This document shows, piece by piece, positions 26,978-36,252 of a stretch of DNA of 51,350 nucleotides. Numbering within the stretch: the stretch's first letter is position 1; the number at the start of each line of letters is the position of its first letter. Position numbers and translations under genes: made by a program. The notes below the pieces were generated by a model, which saw only the letters and a program-made list of their open reading frames with translations, did no database searches and had not been told where the DNA came from. Origin of the DNA: an uncultured Gammaproteobacteria bacterium (GTDB lineage Bacteria; Pseudomonadota; Gammaproteobacteria; Arenicellales; JAANXG01). The stretch is taken from assembly GCA_945787105.1 (NCBI GenBank), contig CALZGZ010000225.1, forward strand, positions 1 to 51,350. The letters run 5' to 3'.

Positions 26978-29613
26978 TGAGTATTAGGGACCTGCAGGAA
27001 GCGGTGCTGGATCAGGGAATTCGTCATACCAACTTTTTCGAGGGACGCCTGCTTACCGGGGATGATTTACGCAACCAGCGAGAAGCCAATCGCGAGATCG
27101 ATCGACGCCTGGCGAAAGCCCTGGGACCGGGAATTATCGAGGGTCTTGAAGTTGAATTTCTACCTGAGATTTCCTCTGCATCGGAACCGAAGATAAGCGT
27201 CAGCAAAGGATTGGCGATAAACAAAAATGGCGATGTTTTCGGACTGCCGGACAACGATATTACGCTGCAACTGGTGCGGTCCCTGAAAACCCCCGTTTTC
27301 GATAAATCTGATTTTTATCTCTGCGCCGGACCGCCCGGAGAACAGCAGTTGCCCAGCGGGGCGGGTATTTATATGTTGGTCATGTACCCGGTCGCAGGGT
27401 ATACCGAAAAAGCTCCGAAAAGCGGTCTCGGAGATAGCGGAATCGCCAGAGGCTGCGGCAATAAGTATATCCAGGAAGGCGTGGAGTTCCGTCTCGTCCA
27501 GGTCGACCGAGCCTACATACTCGAACATTTAAAGGATAAACCTCAACTGGTGAGTTTGCTCGATAGTGAGTTGCTCGACGAAAACAATCCGATCGCGGCG
27601 ATGGATCTGCAAAAACAGTCACGGCTGCGTAACCTGCTGGCCAGTTTGTTCCTGGGAAGTATCGATGCACGGGAAATTTTAAAACCTTCGCTGACCGGAT
27701 CCGCTGGTATGTACTGGCAAGGAGATAGCCCGTTCGTGCGTTCGCTGTATGACCTGGAATTACAGGAGTCCTGTGACGTTCCGCTCGGCCTGATCTTCTG
27801 GACGCTGGAGGGCGTTTCTTTCATCGATAGCTGGACCGTTCGTCGTCCCATCGTCAATCACTGGCTGGCGGATCATGAATTCGACATCAATAACTTATTG
27901 TCGATATGGCAGTTCGAGCAACAGCTTTTATCCGCGAGTAACCTGGAAAGCCTGAAGCTTCGCGATTATTACCTGTTCATACCCGCCATGTTCAGGTTGC
28001 CGGTGCACGAACCGGACTTGAACTCCGACAATGGTGTCGATATTCGACAGTTTCTCGGCAATTGGGATAGCAGACTGCCGGAGTACGTCAGTAGTGAGGA
28101 ACTACCCAATCTGCTGAATCATGCGATCCGATATCCATCGCTTGCGCGAGAAAATCTGGATGCTATTCAGACCGTTTATGTCAAGGATAACCTTCAAGCT
28201 GTCCGGGATGGCAACGAGAATCAACTCTACGCGTATTTCGTTCATCGGCAAACCGCCAGTCAATTCTGTTTCAGAGCATATTTTCCCGACGATAATATCC
28301 TTCTCGAAGCAGAAGGATTTATTGCCCAGTTCAAGGAAGCCGCACGCGTATACCAGGAATTTCAACATTTGGTATTTCTAAGAGGTCTGAACGCAGACGA
28401 AGATATTCGACGGCAGGATGTATTAGGCTTGCAGGTCATTGACGCCGTGGTCGCAGAATTTTCCGCGGCCGTGCATACCCTGGAAAGCGGTTGTGTCTCC
28501 AATCACGCGTTGTACTCGATGCTCAATCTGTTGGCGCATCGCCAGGCAGGTTTTTCCGAATTTTGGCAGGAACTATTGGACCTGCCGCCGATCGATGCCT
28601 ACGCAAGCCCAGTTCGCGGGGTGCTCGATGAGGTTGACGATTTGATCAACCTCGAGAGCGTGTCGGGTTTTAGGGGGCTACTGAGTGCATTACTCGATCA
28701 CGATATTGTTTCGGCCTACCTCACTCAGCAAAGAATATTGCAGACATTCGTGTTGAACCTGGATACCGGGATATCCGGCGCGCTGCTGTTGACCTATACC
28801 CAGCCGCCGGTCAACCAGCCCGAAGAGGGCGGCGAAGCGCCGCTCTTAGTCCCGGGCGAATATGTATTTGGATTTAACCTGAATTCGCGTACCACCGGTC
28901 CGGGTAGTTTTAGGTTTAGTGTCGACCTCGAGCAATTCGGCTGGGAATATGAACTGCTGGACGAGGATAACAATGTTCAGCCGCTGCCGTATGATTTTGA
29001 ACTCCAGGGTGCCGAGGATCCAGCAGGTATAGACACACTATTCAAGGTTAGGGTCAATGTGCCAGCCGGAGGCGAGCCTGATGCGTTGCTGACGGTCAGG
29101 GCGGAAGAGTGGCCAGCTGGAGGCTCGGTAACTCCCAGAAGTACGAGCTTGACCTTGCAGCAAGGTGGATTGATTCCGTTTCCCGATGACAGGTTCTTGT
29201 TATGGTTGTTTTCGTTTGGCAGCGGAGGCAGTGCGGCAACCCCGTTCCAGGGGGGTATTGCCATACCGCGAGTGCCTGAGCTACCTGCTGTATTTACGGC
29301 AATTGGTTTTCTGATTCAGCTAGATCCTGAGCAATTGGGAGAAATAACGGAAGCGAACCTTCGCCTATCGGTTGGGATAGCAGACCAAAGCAGTTGGGAA
29401 ATTCTCCAACTCAGCGGTAGCGCACCGGCTACCCCAACAATTCGAGATATCACGCTTACGCCAACCGATACCGAGGTGGTGGTAACGCTGACCATGCGCC
29501 CGGGAAGTTTGGCCTCCGGGAATACGGATTTGGTTCTGCAATTAGACTCTACCGGAACTCTGGAACCACCATTCTCTTCCACATTCAGGTTGCCGGTGTT
29601 TATCGAAGGCTAA
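26977..29613 (+). CDS. Tail fibre-like protein 2 (Afp13-like N-terminus) with probable C-terminal Ig-like domains
   Basis: TNFFEGRLLT-DDL...LGPGIIEGL and V-KGLAINKNG motifs; beta-rich C-terminal 280 aa. Confidence 0.68.
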   Translation: MSIRDLQEAVLDQGIRHTNFFEGRLLTGDDLRNQREANREIDRRLAKALGPGIIEGLEVEFLPEISSASEPKISVSKGLAINKNGDVFGLPDNDITLQLVRSLKTPVFDKSDFYLCAGPPGEQQLPSGAGIYMLVMYPVAGYTEKAPKSGLGDSGIARGCGNKYIQEGVEFRLVQVDRAYILEHLKDKPQLVSLLDSELLDENNPIAAMDLQKQSRLRNLLASLFLGSIDAREILKPSLTGSAGMYWQGDSPFVRSLYDLELQESCDVPLGLIFWTLEGVSFIDSWTVRRPIVNHWLADHEFDINNLLSIWQFEQQLLSASNLESLKLRDYYLFIPAMFRLPVHEPDLNSDNGVDIRQFLGNWDSRLPEYVSSEELPNLLNHAIRYPSLARENLDAIQTVYVKDNLQAVRDGNENQLYAYFVHRQTASQFCFRAYFPDDNILLEAEGFIAQFKEAARVYQEFQHLVFLRGLNADEDIRRQDVLGLQVIDAVVAEFSAAVHTLESGCVSNHALYSMLNLLAHRQAGFSEFWQELLDLPPIDAYASPVRGVLDEVDDLINLESVSGFRGLLSALLDHDIVSAYLTQQRILQTFVLNLDTGISGALLLTYTQPPVNQPEEGGEAPLLVPGEYVFGFNLNSRTTGPGSFRFSVDLEQFGWEYELLDEDNNVQPLPYDFELQGAEDPAGIDTLFKVRVNVPAGGEPDALLTVRAEEWPAGGSVTPRSTSLTLQQGGLIPFPDDRFLLWLFSFGSGGSAATPFQGGIAIPRVPELPAVFTAIGFLIQLDPEQLGEITEANLRLSVGIADQSSWEILQLSGSAPATPTIRDITLTPTDTEVVVTLTMRPGSLASGNTDLVLQLDSTGTLEPPFSSTFRLPVFIEG

Positions 29614-29678
29614 TAGTGCTAATGCGGAATTCAATCAGTATTTTTAAATAAACAAGTGGCAAATCGGGGACAGTTATC

Positions 29679-31952
29679 ATGAATACGACAGATAAAAAAG
29701 AGGCTCGAGGAAGAATTGAACGCTGGACCTTAGCTGTCGGCGTTGCGTTATTACTATCGAGCGCCAATGCTTTCGCCGTCAGCGATATGTGCATTGACGA
29801 GAACGATGGAGTTACCGGACCACCCAGATTAACGGATGGTGACGTCGCCGGGGACGTCGGTTATACGAGAGGGACGCGAGTGGATTTCGGTAACACCAAC
29901 GGTGGTACCGAACATGCAGGATTTTTACGGGTCGTGGAACAGCGCGATGCAGACTTCGTGTGGGTCGGACTCGAGATTGATCGACTTGCGTCTACCGTGT
30001 ATTCGGACGATACGATTATTCTCGGTTTTTCAAATGATGATGGCGTCGAAAGCGTCGAAGATGATGTCGATGTTATGTTGATAATTCGGCCGTTCGGCCT
30101 GCCACCGCACTCGCTTGATGTCCCGACTGACATCGCGATGCGCACACGTGATGCAGGTAGCACCACCTGGACAACTGTCCCTACACCAGGTTGGGTCAAA
30201 ACGAATATTCGAAGGAAATTCGAAACCGGCGCTGATAAATGGATGCTTGAATTAATGGTACCCAAGTTAGCATCGGCAGCCGGCGTGCCAGCGACCGGAA
30301 TCTATTTTGGAGAACCTATCAGCGCATCGAATCCAAATTCGACGCTTAAGGTGTACGTCAATGTTTTACGTTCACTGGATTCTATTCCCTTGGGCAGTCC
30401 CTATGCGATTACCGAGGCATCCTGGCCCGCCGGTGTGTATTTGCAAGATATTACTGTTCTCGGCGATCCGCTTTTTTTCGATCTGAGTAGTGATTTTTAC
30501 GATGTGTTGCCCCCGGTAAACCTGTGGGCGGATGTCTCCCTGGGCGACAGATCTGAATGTGAGGGAATCTCACTTGCCTGGAATGATATTGGCGCCACGC
30601 CCGACCCGAAAAATAAGATCTTGTTGGATGGAGAGAATACGTTTTTTGCCGATCCAGTTCACGACCCTGACTCGAGCGGTGGTCCCATCAAAGTTACTTA
30701 CAAAGTGGCGAGGTGGGGGATTCCCCCGGAGGATACAGAAGCGGAAGATCCCGGCTGCGCAATTGGAATGTCAGATTCATTGTGTTGGAGAACAATTGGC
30801 ACTTCGTCGCCCGATACTGCCAGGTTGCCAGATGCCCCCGGATCCGAGACGAAGTTTACAGTGACATGGGAACTGTTGGATGGCGATAGAGCGGCTTACT
30901 CCGCAGAAAGACATCAGTGTATAGCTGCAACCATGTCAAGTACCACCCCGGGTGTGGTATTCAAAAACGACAGCGTACGCCGGAATATGAACTTTGGTCC
31001 CGCGTCGATCTTCGAACAGTCCGCATCAATCAGTGGGAAAGGCTATGGTCCTGCGACCGAAGCGAATGGCAGGCACCGTTTCATCGTGGCAACGAAATCG
31101 AAACTCGAACGATATCAAAAAAAAGGTGGTGGTTTTGTCGATAAAGATGAATTGGAGAAAACCCAGTCGCTAAGTAGTGTCTACAGCGGCACAAATTTAA
31201 GTTATGTCGCTGCTCCCATCATGCAATTGCCAGGCAACATCTCAACAAAGAATGAAGTGGAGGCGATGACCTGGACGGCCAATGGTTATCGATTAAAATC
31301 GAAATCGTTGCAGCTCGGCGAAAGGCAGTATCGATTTGCTGATTATGTGGGAGGCTTCGGTTATGTCATCAGTCACGATAGTCTCGCTGCCGAGTGGTCG
31401 AGCCGTTTCTCGGGTGAATCCCTGGTTGCAACCGCGGATCCTAATATTTTCGTTACCGATATTCCTCCCGGAGGGGAATCCGTTGTTCATACCACTATCG
31501 AAGCCGAGGACCATTTGTGGGCTGTCAACCTCCGCGCAGGTAATGCAGACCCGGCGGGTTCTTACGGCAACGCTTATGATTCCGACACAAGCCTCCAGCT
31601 GGGCCTGGAGTATATCTTCAATTCGAATTACTCCGTTGAAGGGATTCTCGGATTCCAGAATTTTTCAGGTAAAGGTTCCGCGCCTGACGAGGAGGTAACG
31701 CAGATTGCCATAAATGGTCGTTATTACTTTAACACCACCAGCCCGAGATATTATTTGACCGCAGGTTTGGGATACTACGACATGGATGTGCAGGGTTCTG
31801 CCATGGGACTGAATGCGGGCGTGGGTCTGGATTACCAGTTAAGCCGGCGTTTGTCGTTGGAGGCGGCCTACAACTATCACGATCTCGACGAAAGTAACCC
31901 CAGCCCGATTTACTCAACCCTGCAGATAGGGTTGCGGTATCTGGTTCGGTAG
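29679..31952 (+). CDS. Sec-exported protein with a large N-terminal passenger and a C-terminal OmpA-like outer-membrane beta-barrel
   Basis: Signal peptide ending ANAFA. Alternating barrel strands from about 31512: WAVNLRAG, LQLGLEY, YSVEGILG, AINGRYYF, YLTAGLGYY, GLNAGVGLDY, LSLEAAYNY, LQIGLRY. Confidence 0.82.
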   Translation: MNTTDKKEARGRIERWTLAVGVALLLSSANAFAVSDMCIDENDGVTGPPRLTDGDVAGDVGYTRGTRVDFGNTNGGTEHAGFLRVVEQRDADFVWVGLEIDRLASTVYSDDTIILGFSNDDGVESVEDDVDVMLIIRPFGLPPHSLDVPTDIAMRTRDAGSTTWTTVPTPGWVKTNIRRKFETGADKWMLELMVPKLASAAGVPATGIYFGEPISASNPNSTLKVYVNVLRSLDSIPLGSPYAITEASWPAGVYLQDITVLGDPLFFDLSSDFYDVLPPVNLWADVSLGDRSECEGISLAWNDIGATPDPKNKILLDGENTFFADPVHDPDSSGGPIKVTYKVARWGIPPEDTEAEDPGCAIGMSDSLCWRTIGTSSPDTARLPDAPGSETKFTVTWELLDGDRAAYSAERHQCIAATMSSTTPGVVFKNDSVRRNMNFGPASIFEQSASISGKGYGPATEANGRHRFIVATKSKLERYQKKGGGFVDKDELEKTQSLSSVYSGTNLSYVAAPIMQLPGNISTKNEVEAMTWTANGYRLKSKSLQLGERQYRFADYVGGFGYVISHDSLAAEWSSRFSGESLVATADPNIFVTDIPPGGESVVHTTIEAEDHLWAVNLRAGNADPAGSYGNAYDSDTSLQLGLEYIFNSNYSVEGILGFQNFSGKGSAPDEEVTQIAINGRYYFNTTSPRYYLTAGLGYYDMDVQGSAMGLNAGVGLDYQLSRRLSLEAAYNYHDLDESNPSPIYSTLQIGLRYLVR

Positions 31953-31979
31953 GTATGTATTGATTGAACAAGGAGGGTA

Positions 31980-34100
31980 ATGCGAGTGTTTGATCAGGCG
32001 GATTTATCGATTGGAAAAATTCGCTCGTCTTCGAGTGGCGCGGATAGTTCCGCCCTGCGCATGGCGGTTACCTCGTTTATCCAGCATGCCGATTTGCATC
32101 CGACAGACTTGCCGTCGAGCGTCATCCTGGTGATCAGGCAACTTTCCGATCCGCTGCCCGGCAGTGTTCCCGATCAAATACAGGGACGCCTGCGACATGC
32201 GCAGTGGGAAGCTGCGGTACGCGATCAGATCAGCGTTTGTTACCACGCCGCGCAGCGTCCCGTCAAAGGCATTGTCAATGCCGATGCAGATGCGGTGTTG
32301 TTCGCGGATTATGGAGAACTGATCGCCTGCCTGTCATTGGATATCGTAAGCAAAGCGGTGGATGGCCGCTGGTGGTGGCGACAAGTCATGCAGCAGTTTA
32401 TGCGGCAAAACGTCGATACAAAAAAACTTGCGGAAATCTGGAAACAGTCAATCCCGACTTTACCGGCGACGATTTCGTATTTACTGCAATGGGGCAATGC
32501 CGGGGCGGTTATCTCCAGCCTGGATAAAGGTGATGCCGACATCTTGACCGAGTCGTTGGCGCAGGTTCATTCACTCGATCTGTTGCAGCACGAATTGGCG
32601 AACAAGCACGGTCCGCGGCAAAGTGGTTTCGCAGATCCATTGTCGGATCAGGAAACCTGGCAGCAATCGAGCGCCGACCAATTCGATCATGCGTCGGAAA
32701 AAGCGGGTTTTCGGAGTCTGACGTCGTTGTGGAAAGAACAACTTTCCGCGACGCCCGTGCCGGTGAATTTACCCACCGAACAGCTACGGCTCCTGTTTCT
32801 AGGTGCTGTTCTGCATCGCTCGCCCTGGCGCGCCAAACACCGGCAATGGCAGCGTGAGCTGGTTTCTGCGGAGGCCGATACCGGAGATCAGACCGCTAGA
32901 GGCGGCTCCGCCCGGCAATCGATGCCTCGTAATCAAGGCTTAAGCGACGCAAAAGCCTCGCTTGCAACTCAATCGGAGGTCACAACGAGACGCGCAACAC
33001 GCCTACGCTCGGTTCAGAATCGCAGCGTTACCCCGAGCGATTCGCCAGCGCCAGTCCGTGCTGACAGACCGGGTGAATTCGATGACGGAGATTCGATGCA
33101 GCCGGACAAACATTCTGCGAGAACTTCTCAGCCGACATCCCACTCCGAGCAGATGGTTGAGAATACACAGCCGCAACAAGACATTGAAAACAGTATTTCT
33201 GCGTCGACGGATGATAATGTTGAACGCGAAACTGGCAGCGTCGATCGGGTAGACGCGCCGCCGGCGCAAGCTAGCGCCGTTCAACAAAGTATTGGCGAAA
33301 GTTCGCAAGCGGAAGTCACCACGGATCTGGGCGGCGCTCTATACCTTCTCAACCTGTGTGCCTGGCTCGACATTCCCGATTGTTTTGTCAATGCCTGGCC
33401 TGATGCAGCGCCGCCCAGTGCCTGGGCTGTCATGGAAGCGTTAACGCTGGCGCTGTTGGGTGATGCCGGACGGGAATACGAAGACGATGCCTTGTGGCCG
33501 CTACTGGCTGAACTGGATGGTCGCGAACCGGGGATGCCGCTGGGATGCGGAATGGTTTTTCCCGAGCGATTCAGCTTACCGCTCGAATGGTTGAATATCC
33601 TGAAAAAATCGGGTGATGCAATGCACTCGAGCAGCTGTTACTCGATCTCGGAAAACCGCTTGCTTTTGTGGTGTGAGGAGTTCCTGCTGGGATCCGAACC
33701 TTTGCAAGCGGAGGTCGAGGCCGGCGTTCAGGCGCAGGGCTTGCTCGATCGGTATCCACTAATCAAAACAGCCAAACTGCAACACGCTCTATTGCCGGAT
33801 TTCCTTGACCCGAAACCCACGGAGCCAATGACGGCATCTACAATAGCGGGCTTTATCGAGTGGTTTCACGACGTGTTCCCGTTCCTCCGCCTGGTGTTGA
33901 TGCGTCAGTGCGGATTCGATGATCCGGATGATCTTGGAGGGTTGCTTCGCTGTCGGGGCCGTGTGCAATTGACGCGGACGCACCTGGATTTTCATGCGCC
34001 GATGGAATTTATCTCGATGCCGGTTCGCGAGGCTGGACTTGACCAGGACCCGGGATGGTGCCCGCTGGTGGGCCGCGTGGTGCAATTTCACTTTCATTGA
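31980..34100 (+). CDS. CIS tape-measure-like protein (Afp14-like)
   Basis: C-terminal GGALYLLN...THLD...REAGLDQDPGWCPLVGRVVQFHF motif, a disordered middle, and its position just before the ATPase; AAGGAGG SD. Confidence 0.72.
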   Translation: MRVFDQADLSIGKIRSSSSGADSSALRMAVTSFIQHADLHPTDLPSSVILVIRQLSDPLPGSVPDQIQGRLRHAQWEAAVRDQISVCYHAAQRPVKGIVNADADAVLFADYGELIACLSLDIVSKAVDGRWWWRQVMQQFMRQNVDTKKLAEIWKQSIPTLPATISYLLQWGNAGAVISSLDKGDADILTESLAQVHSLDLLQHELANKHGPRQSGFADPLSDQETWQQSSADQFDHASEKAGFRSLTSLWKEQLSATPVPVNLPTEQLRLLFLGAVLHRSPWRAKHRQWQRELVSAEADTGDQTARGGSARQSMPRNQGLSDAKASLATQSEVTTRRATRLRSVQNRSVTPSDSPAPVRADRPGEFDDGDSMQPDKHSARTSQPTSHSEQMVENTQPQQDIENSISASTDDNVERETGSVDRVDAPPAQASAVQQSIGESSQAEVTTDLGGALYLLNLCAWLDIPDCFVNAWPDAAPPSAWAVMEALTLALLGDAGREYEDDALWPLLAELDGREPGMPLGCGMVFPERFSLPLEWLNILKKSGDAMHSSSCYSISENRLLLWCEEFLLGSEPLQAEVEAGVQAQGLLDRYPLIKTAKLQHALLPDFLDPKPTEPMTASTIAGFIEWFHDVFPFLRLVLMRQCGFDDPDDLGGLLRCRGRVQLTRTHLDFHAPMEFISMPVREAGLDQDPGWCPLVGRVVQFHFH

Positions 34101-34114
34101 AGAGATGATGGTTT

Positions 34115-36247
34115 ATGTCTAATTCGAAAGCGGACAAGCAGGTATTCGGTCACGTACCGCGAAACCCCGGCGGTCATTTTGTAGTCTGTATTTATGCCGC
34201 CGTTTACCGGCTGTTGTACCAGGTATACAGACTGGGAGATGTGGGTGGCCTGACCCTGGAAGAAAGCCTGGAGCGCTACCCGTTTCTTGCCGATTATTTC
34301 AATGAGATGCGCAGCCACATGCCTGAGGAAATATCCTGGGAAGAGGGTGCGCGCTGGTGGCGAGAGCAATTGGAAAGCTGGGAATCGGAGTGCGAGCAGC
34401 ATCTGCCCCTGCGCGATCTGGCGGTGCAGGCCCGGCTCGGTTACGCCAGTCGTATGGCATTTATGCTGGTTGGCCTGGTGGAAGAGGACTCCCGCTTCGG
34501 TACCTTGTTCGCCGAATTGCAGTCGCCGTTGACGCAACGCCGGCCGACACTGGAACTGGTCGGACAAATGATGATGGATGAGGTGTTCGTCGGTGAGACG
34601 GATCCCTGGACGATTTGCCGGCCTTTGCTGGACATCGGCGTGCTGGAAGCACAGAACACCAATGTTGCCCGGTCCGAGTGGGCTCTTCGTGTGCCGCCGT
34701 TGCTGTGGGACGCTGCCCGGGGCCAGGTATACGCGGAAGATAAACATCATTTCGAATATGTACCGGCGGCCGCGACGCTAAGCTTCGATCGACTGGTTGT
34801 TGAAGATTCGACCCGACAAAAACTGAAAAAGATCCCGGAGCTGCTGCAAACGGGGATTGCCCGACTCGTTGTGGTGCGCGCCATCCAGGGCGCCAATAGC
34901 AAGGATCTGCTGTCAGTGCTGGCGAGTCAATTGCAGTGCGGAATCGTTTATATCGACCCGGAAGCGATGGACGATGAATTTACGCCTACCATTGGACCGC
35001 TATGCGTCATGGCCAGGGCCATGCCGGTATTCACTTATGACCTGGGGCCGGGAGAAACGGTGAATCTACCCAGGCTGCCTGGTTACAGCGGCCCTATCGG
35101 CTGCCTCATGGGCCTCGAAGGTGGATTGCATAACGAAGCCGATGATAAAGCCATCACGTTATCGATGTCGTCACCGGGGATCGAATTGCGCAAACAGCAC
35201 TGGCGCGAGGCTTTCAATGGACAGGACGTGGAATCGATAGACAAGATTGCCGAAAGTTTTCGGCTCCCTGGCGCATACATTCAACAGACCGCTCGTATGG
35301 CGATCGCTCACGGCGGCCTCAACGGCCATGCCGCGATAACTCTGGAAGACGTCGCCGAAGCCAGTCGCACGCTTAATCGACAGCTACTCGATAGTCTCGC
35401 CAGCCATCTGCCGGCCAGCGGTAACTGGCAAAACATCATTGCCGGCGAAAGCACTTTGCAACGCCTCGAGGAATTGTACCGGCGCTGCCGCAACCGCGAG
35501 CGATTGGTCGGGTTTCTGGGGCCGGGTTTTGGAGAAAATTGCAATTGCGGTGTGCGAGCGTTGATGACTGGTGCTAGCGGCACGGGTAAAACCCTGGCGG
35601 CAAAGATTATCGCCGCGGAACTGGGCATGGATCTCTACCGCGTCGATCTTGCCGCCATTGTAAACAAATACATCGGTGAGACCGAAAAGAACCTGCACCG
35701 TATATTGTCCCGTGCCGAAGCACTGGATGTTGTCTTGCTTCTGGACGAGGGAGATGCGTTGCTGGGCAGTCGTACAGACGTCAAATCCGCTAACGATCGA
35801 TACGCCAATCTGGAAACCAATTACCTGTTGCAACGCCTGGAGAATTACCAGGGCATTGTATTGATTACCACCAATCTTGTACAAAACATCGATCGCGCTT
35901 TTCAGCGACGCATGGATGTGGTGATTCCTTTCTTTTCGCCGCAGCTCGATGAGCGTCTGAAAATATTGCAATTACACTTGCCCGAAGATCACGCGATCGA
36001 ATTGCGATTGCTGGAAGTGACGGCTGCCCACTGCAAGTTGAACGGTGGCCAATTGCGCAATGCAGCCATGCATGCGACGCTGAATGCACTGGATAGTGAT
36101 CAACCCGTCTTGTGGGCGAGCCTTGAAGAAGGCCTGCGCAGTGAGTATCGCAAGGCAGGCAGTACCTTTCCGCTGGATAGTGTACTCAACCGGCAGCTGC
36201 GTGATGTCGACATGGATCGATTTGTGGGTGCCCTCGGCGGTAGCTGA
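34115..36247 (+). CDS. eCIS AAA+ ATPase (Afp15/Pvc15-like)
   Basis: Walker A GASGTGKT, Walker B LLLDEGD, KYIGETEKNL, DRYANLE and AFQRR. The first AAA module is degenerate. Confidence 0.95.
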   Translation: MSNSKADKQVFGHVPRNPGGHFVVCIYAAVYRLLYQVYRLGDVGGLTLEESLERYPFLADYFNEMRSHMPEEISWEEGARWWREQLESWESECEQHLPLRDLAVQARLGYASRMAFMLVGLVEEDSRFGTLFAELQSPLTQRRPTLELVGQMMMDEVFVGETDPWTICRPLLDIGVLEAQNTNVARSEWALRVPPLLWDAARGQVYAEDKHHFEYVPAAATLSFDRLVVEDSTRQKLKKIPELLQTGIARLVVVRAIQGANSKDLLSVLASQLQCGIVYIDPEAMDDEFTPTIGPLCVMARAMPVFTYDLGPGETVNLPRLPGYSGPIGCLMGLEGGLHNEADDKAITLSMSSPGIELRKQHWREAFNGQDVESIDKIAESFRLPGAYIQQTARMAIAHGGLNGHAAITLEDVAEASRTLNRQLLDSLASHLPASGNWQNIIAGESTLQRLEELYRRCRNRERLVGFLGPGFGENCNCGVRALMTGASGTGKTLAAKIIAAELGMDLYRVDLAAIVNKYIGETEKNLHRILSRAEALDVVLLLDEGDALLGSRTDVKSANDRYANLETNYLLQRLENYQGIVLITTNLVQNIDRAFQRRMDVVIPFFSPQLDERLKILQLHLPEDHAIELRLLEVTAAHCKLNGGQLRNAAMHATLNALDSDQPVLWASLEEGLRSEYRKAGSTFPLDSVLNRQLRDVDMDRFVGALGGS

Positions 36248-36252
36248 GCGTC

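Noticed and set aside
7229-36247. Prophage, R-type tailocin or T6SS interpretation
   Set aside because: No capsid, portal, terminase, integrase, TssJLM, TssK or ClpV genes. DUF4255, the Afp15 ATPase and DUF4157 identify an eCIS.
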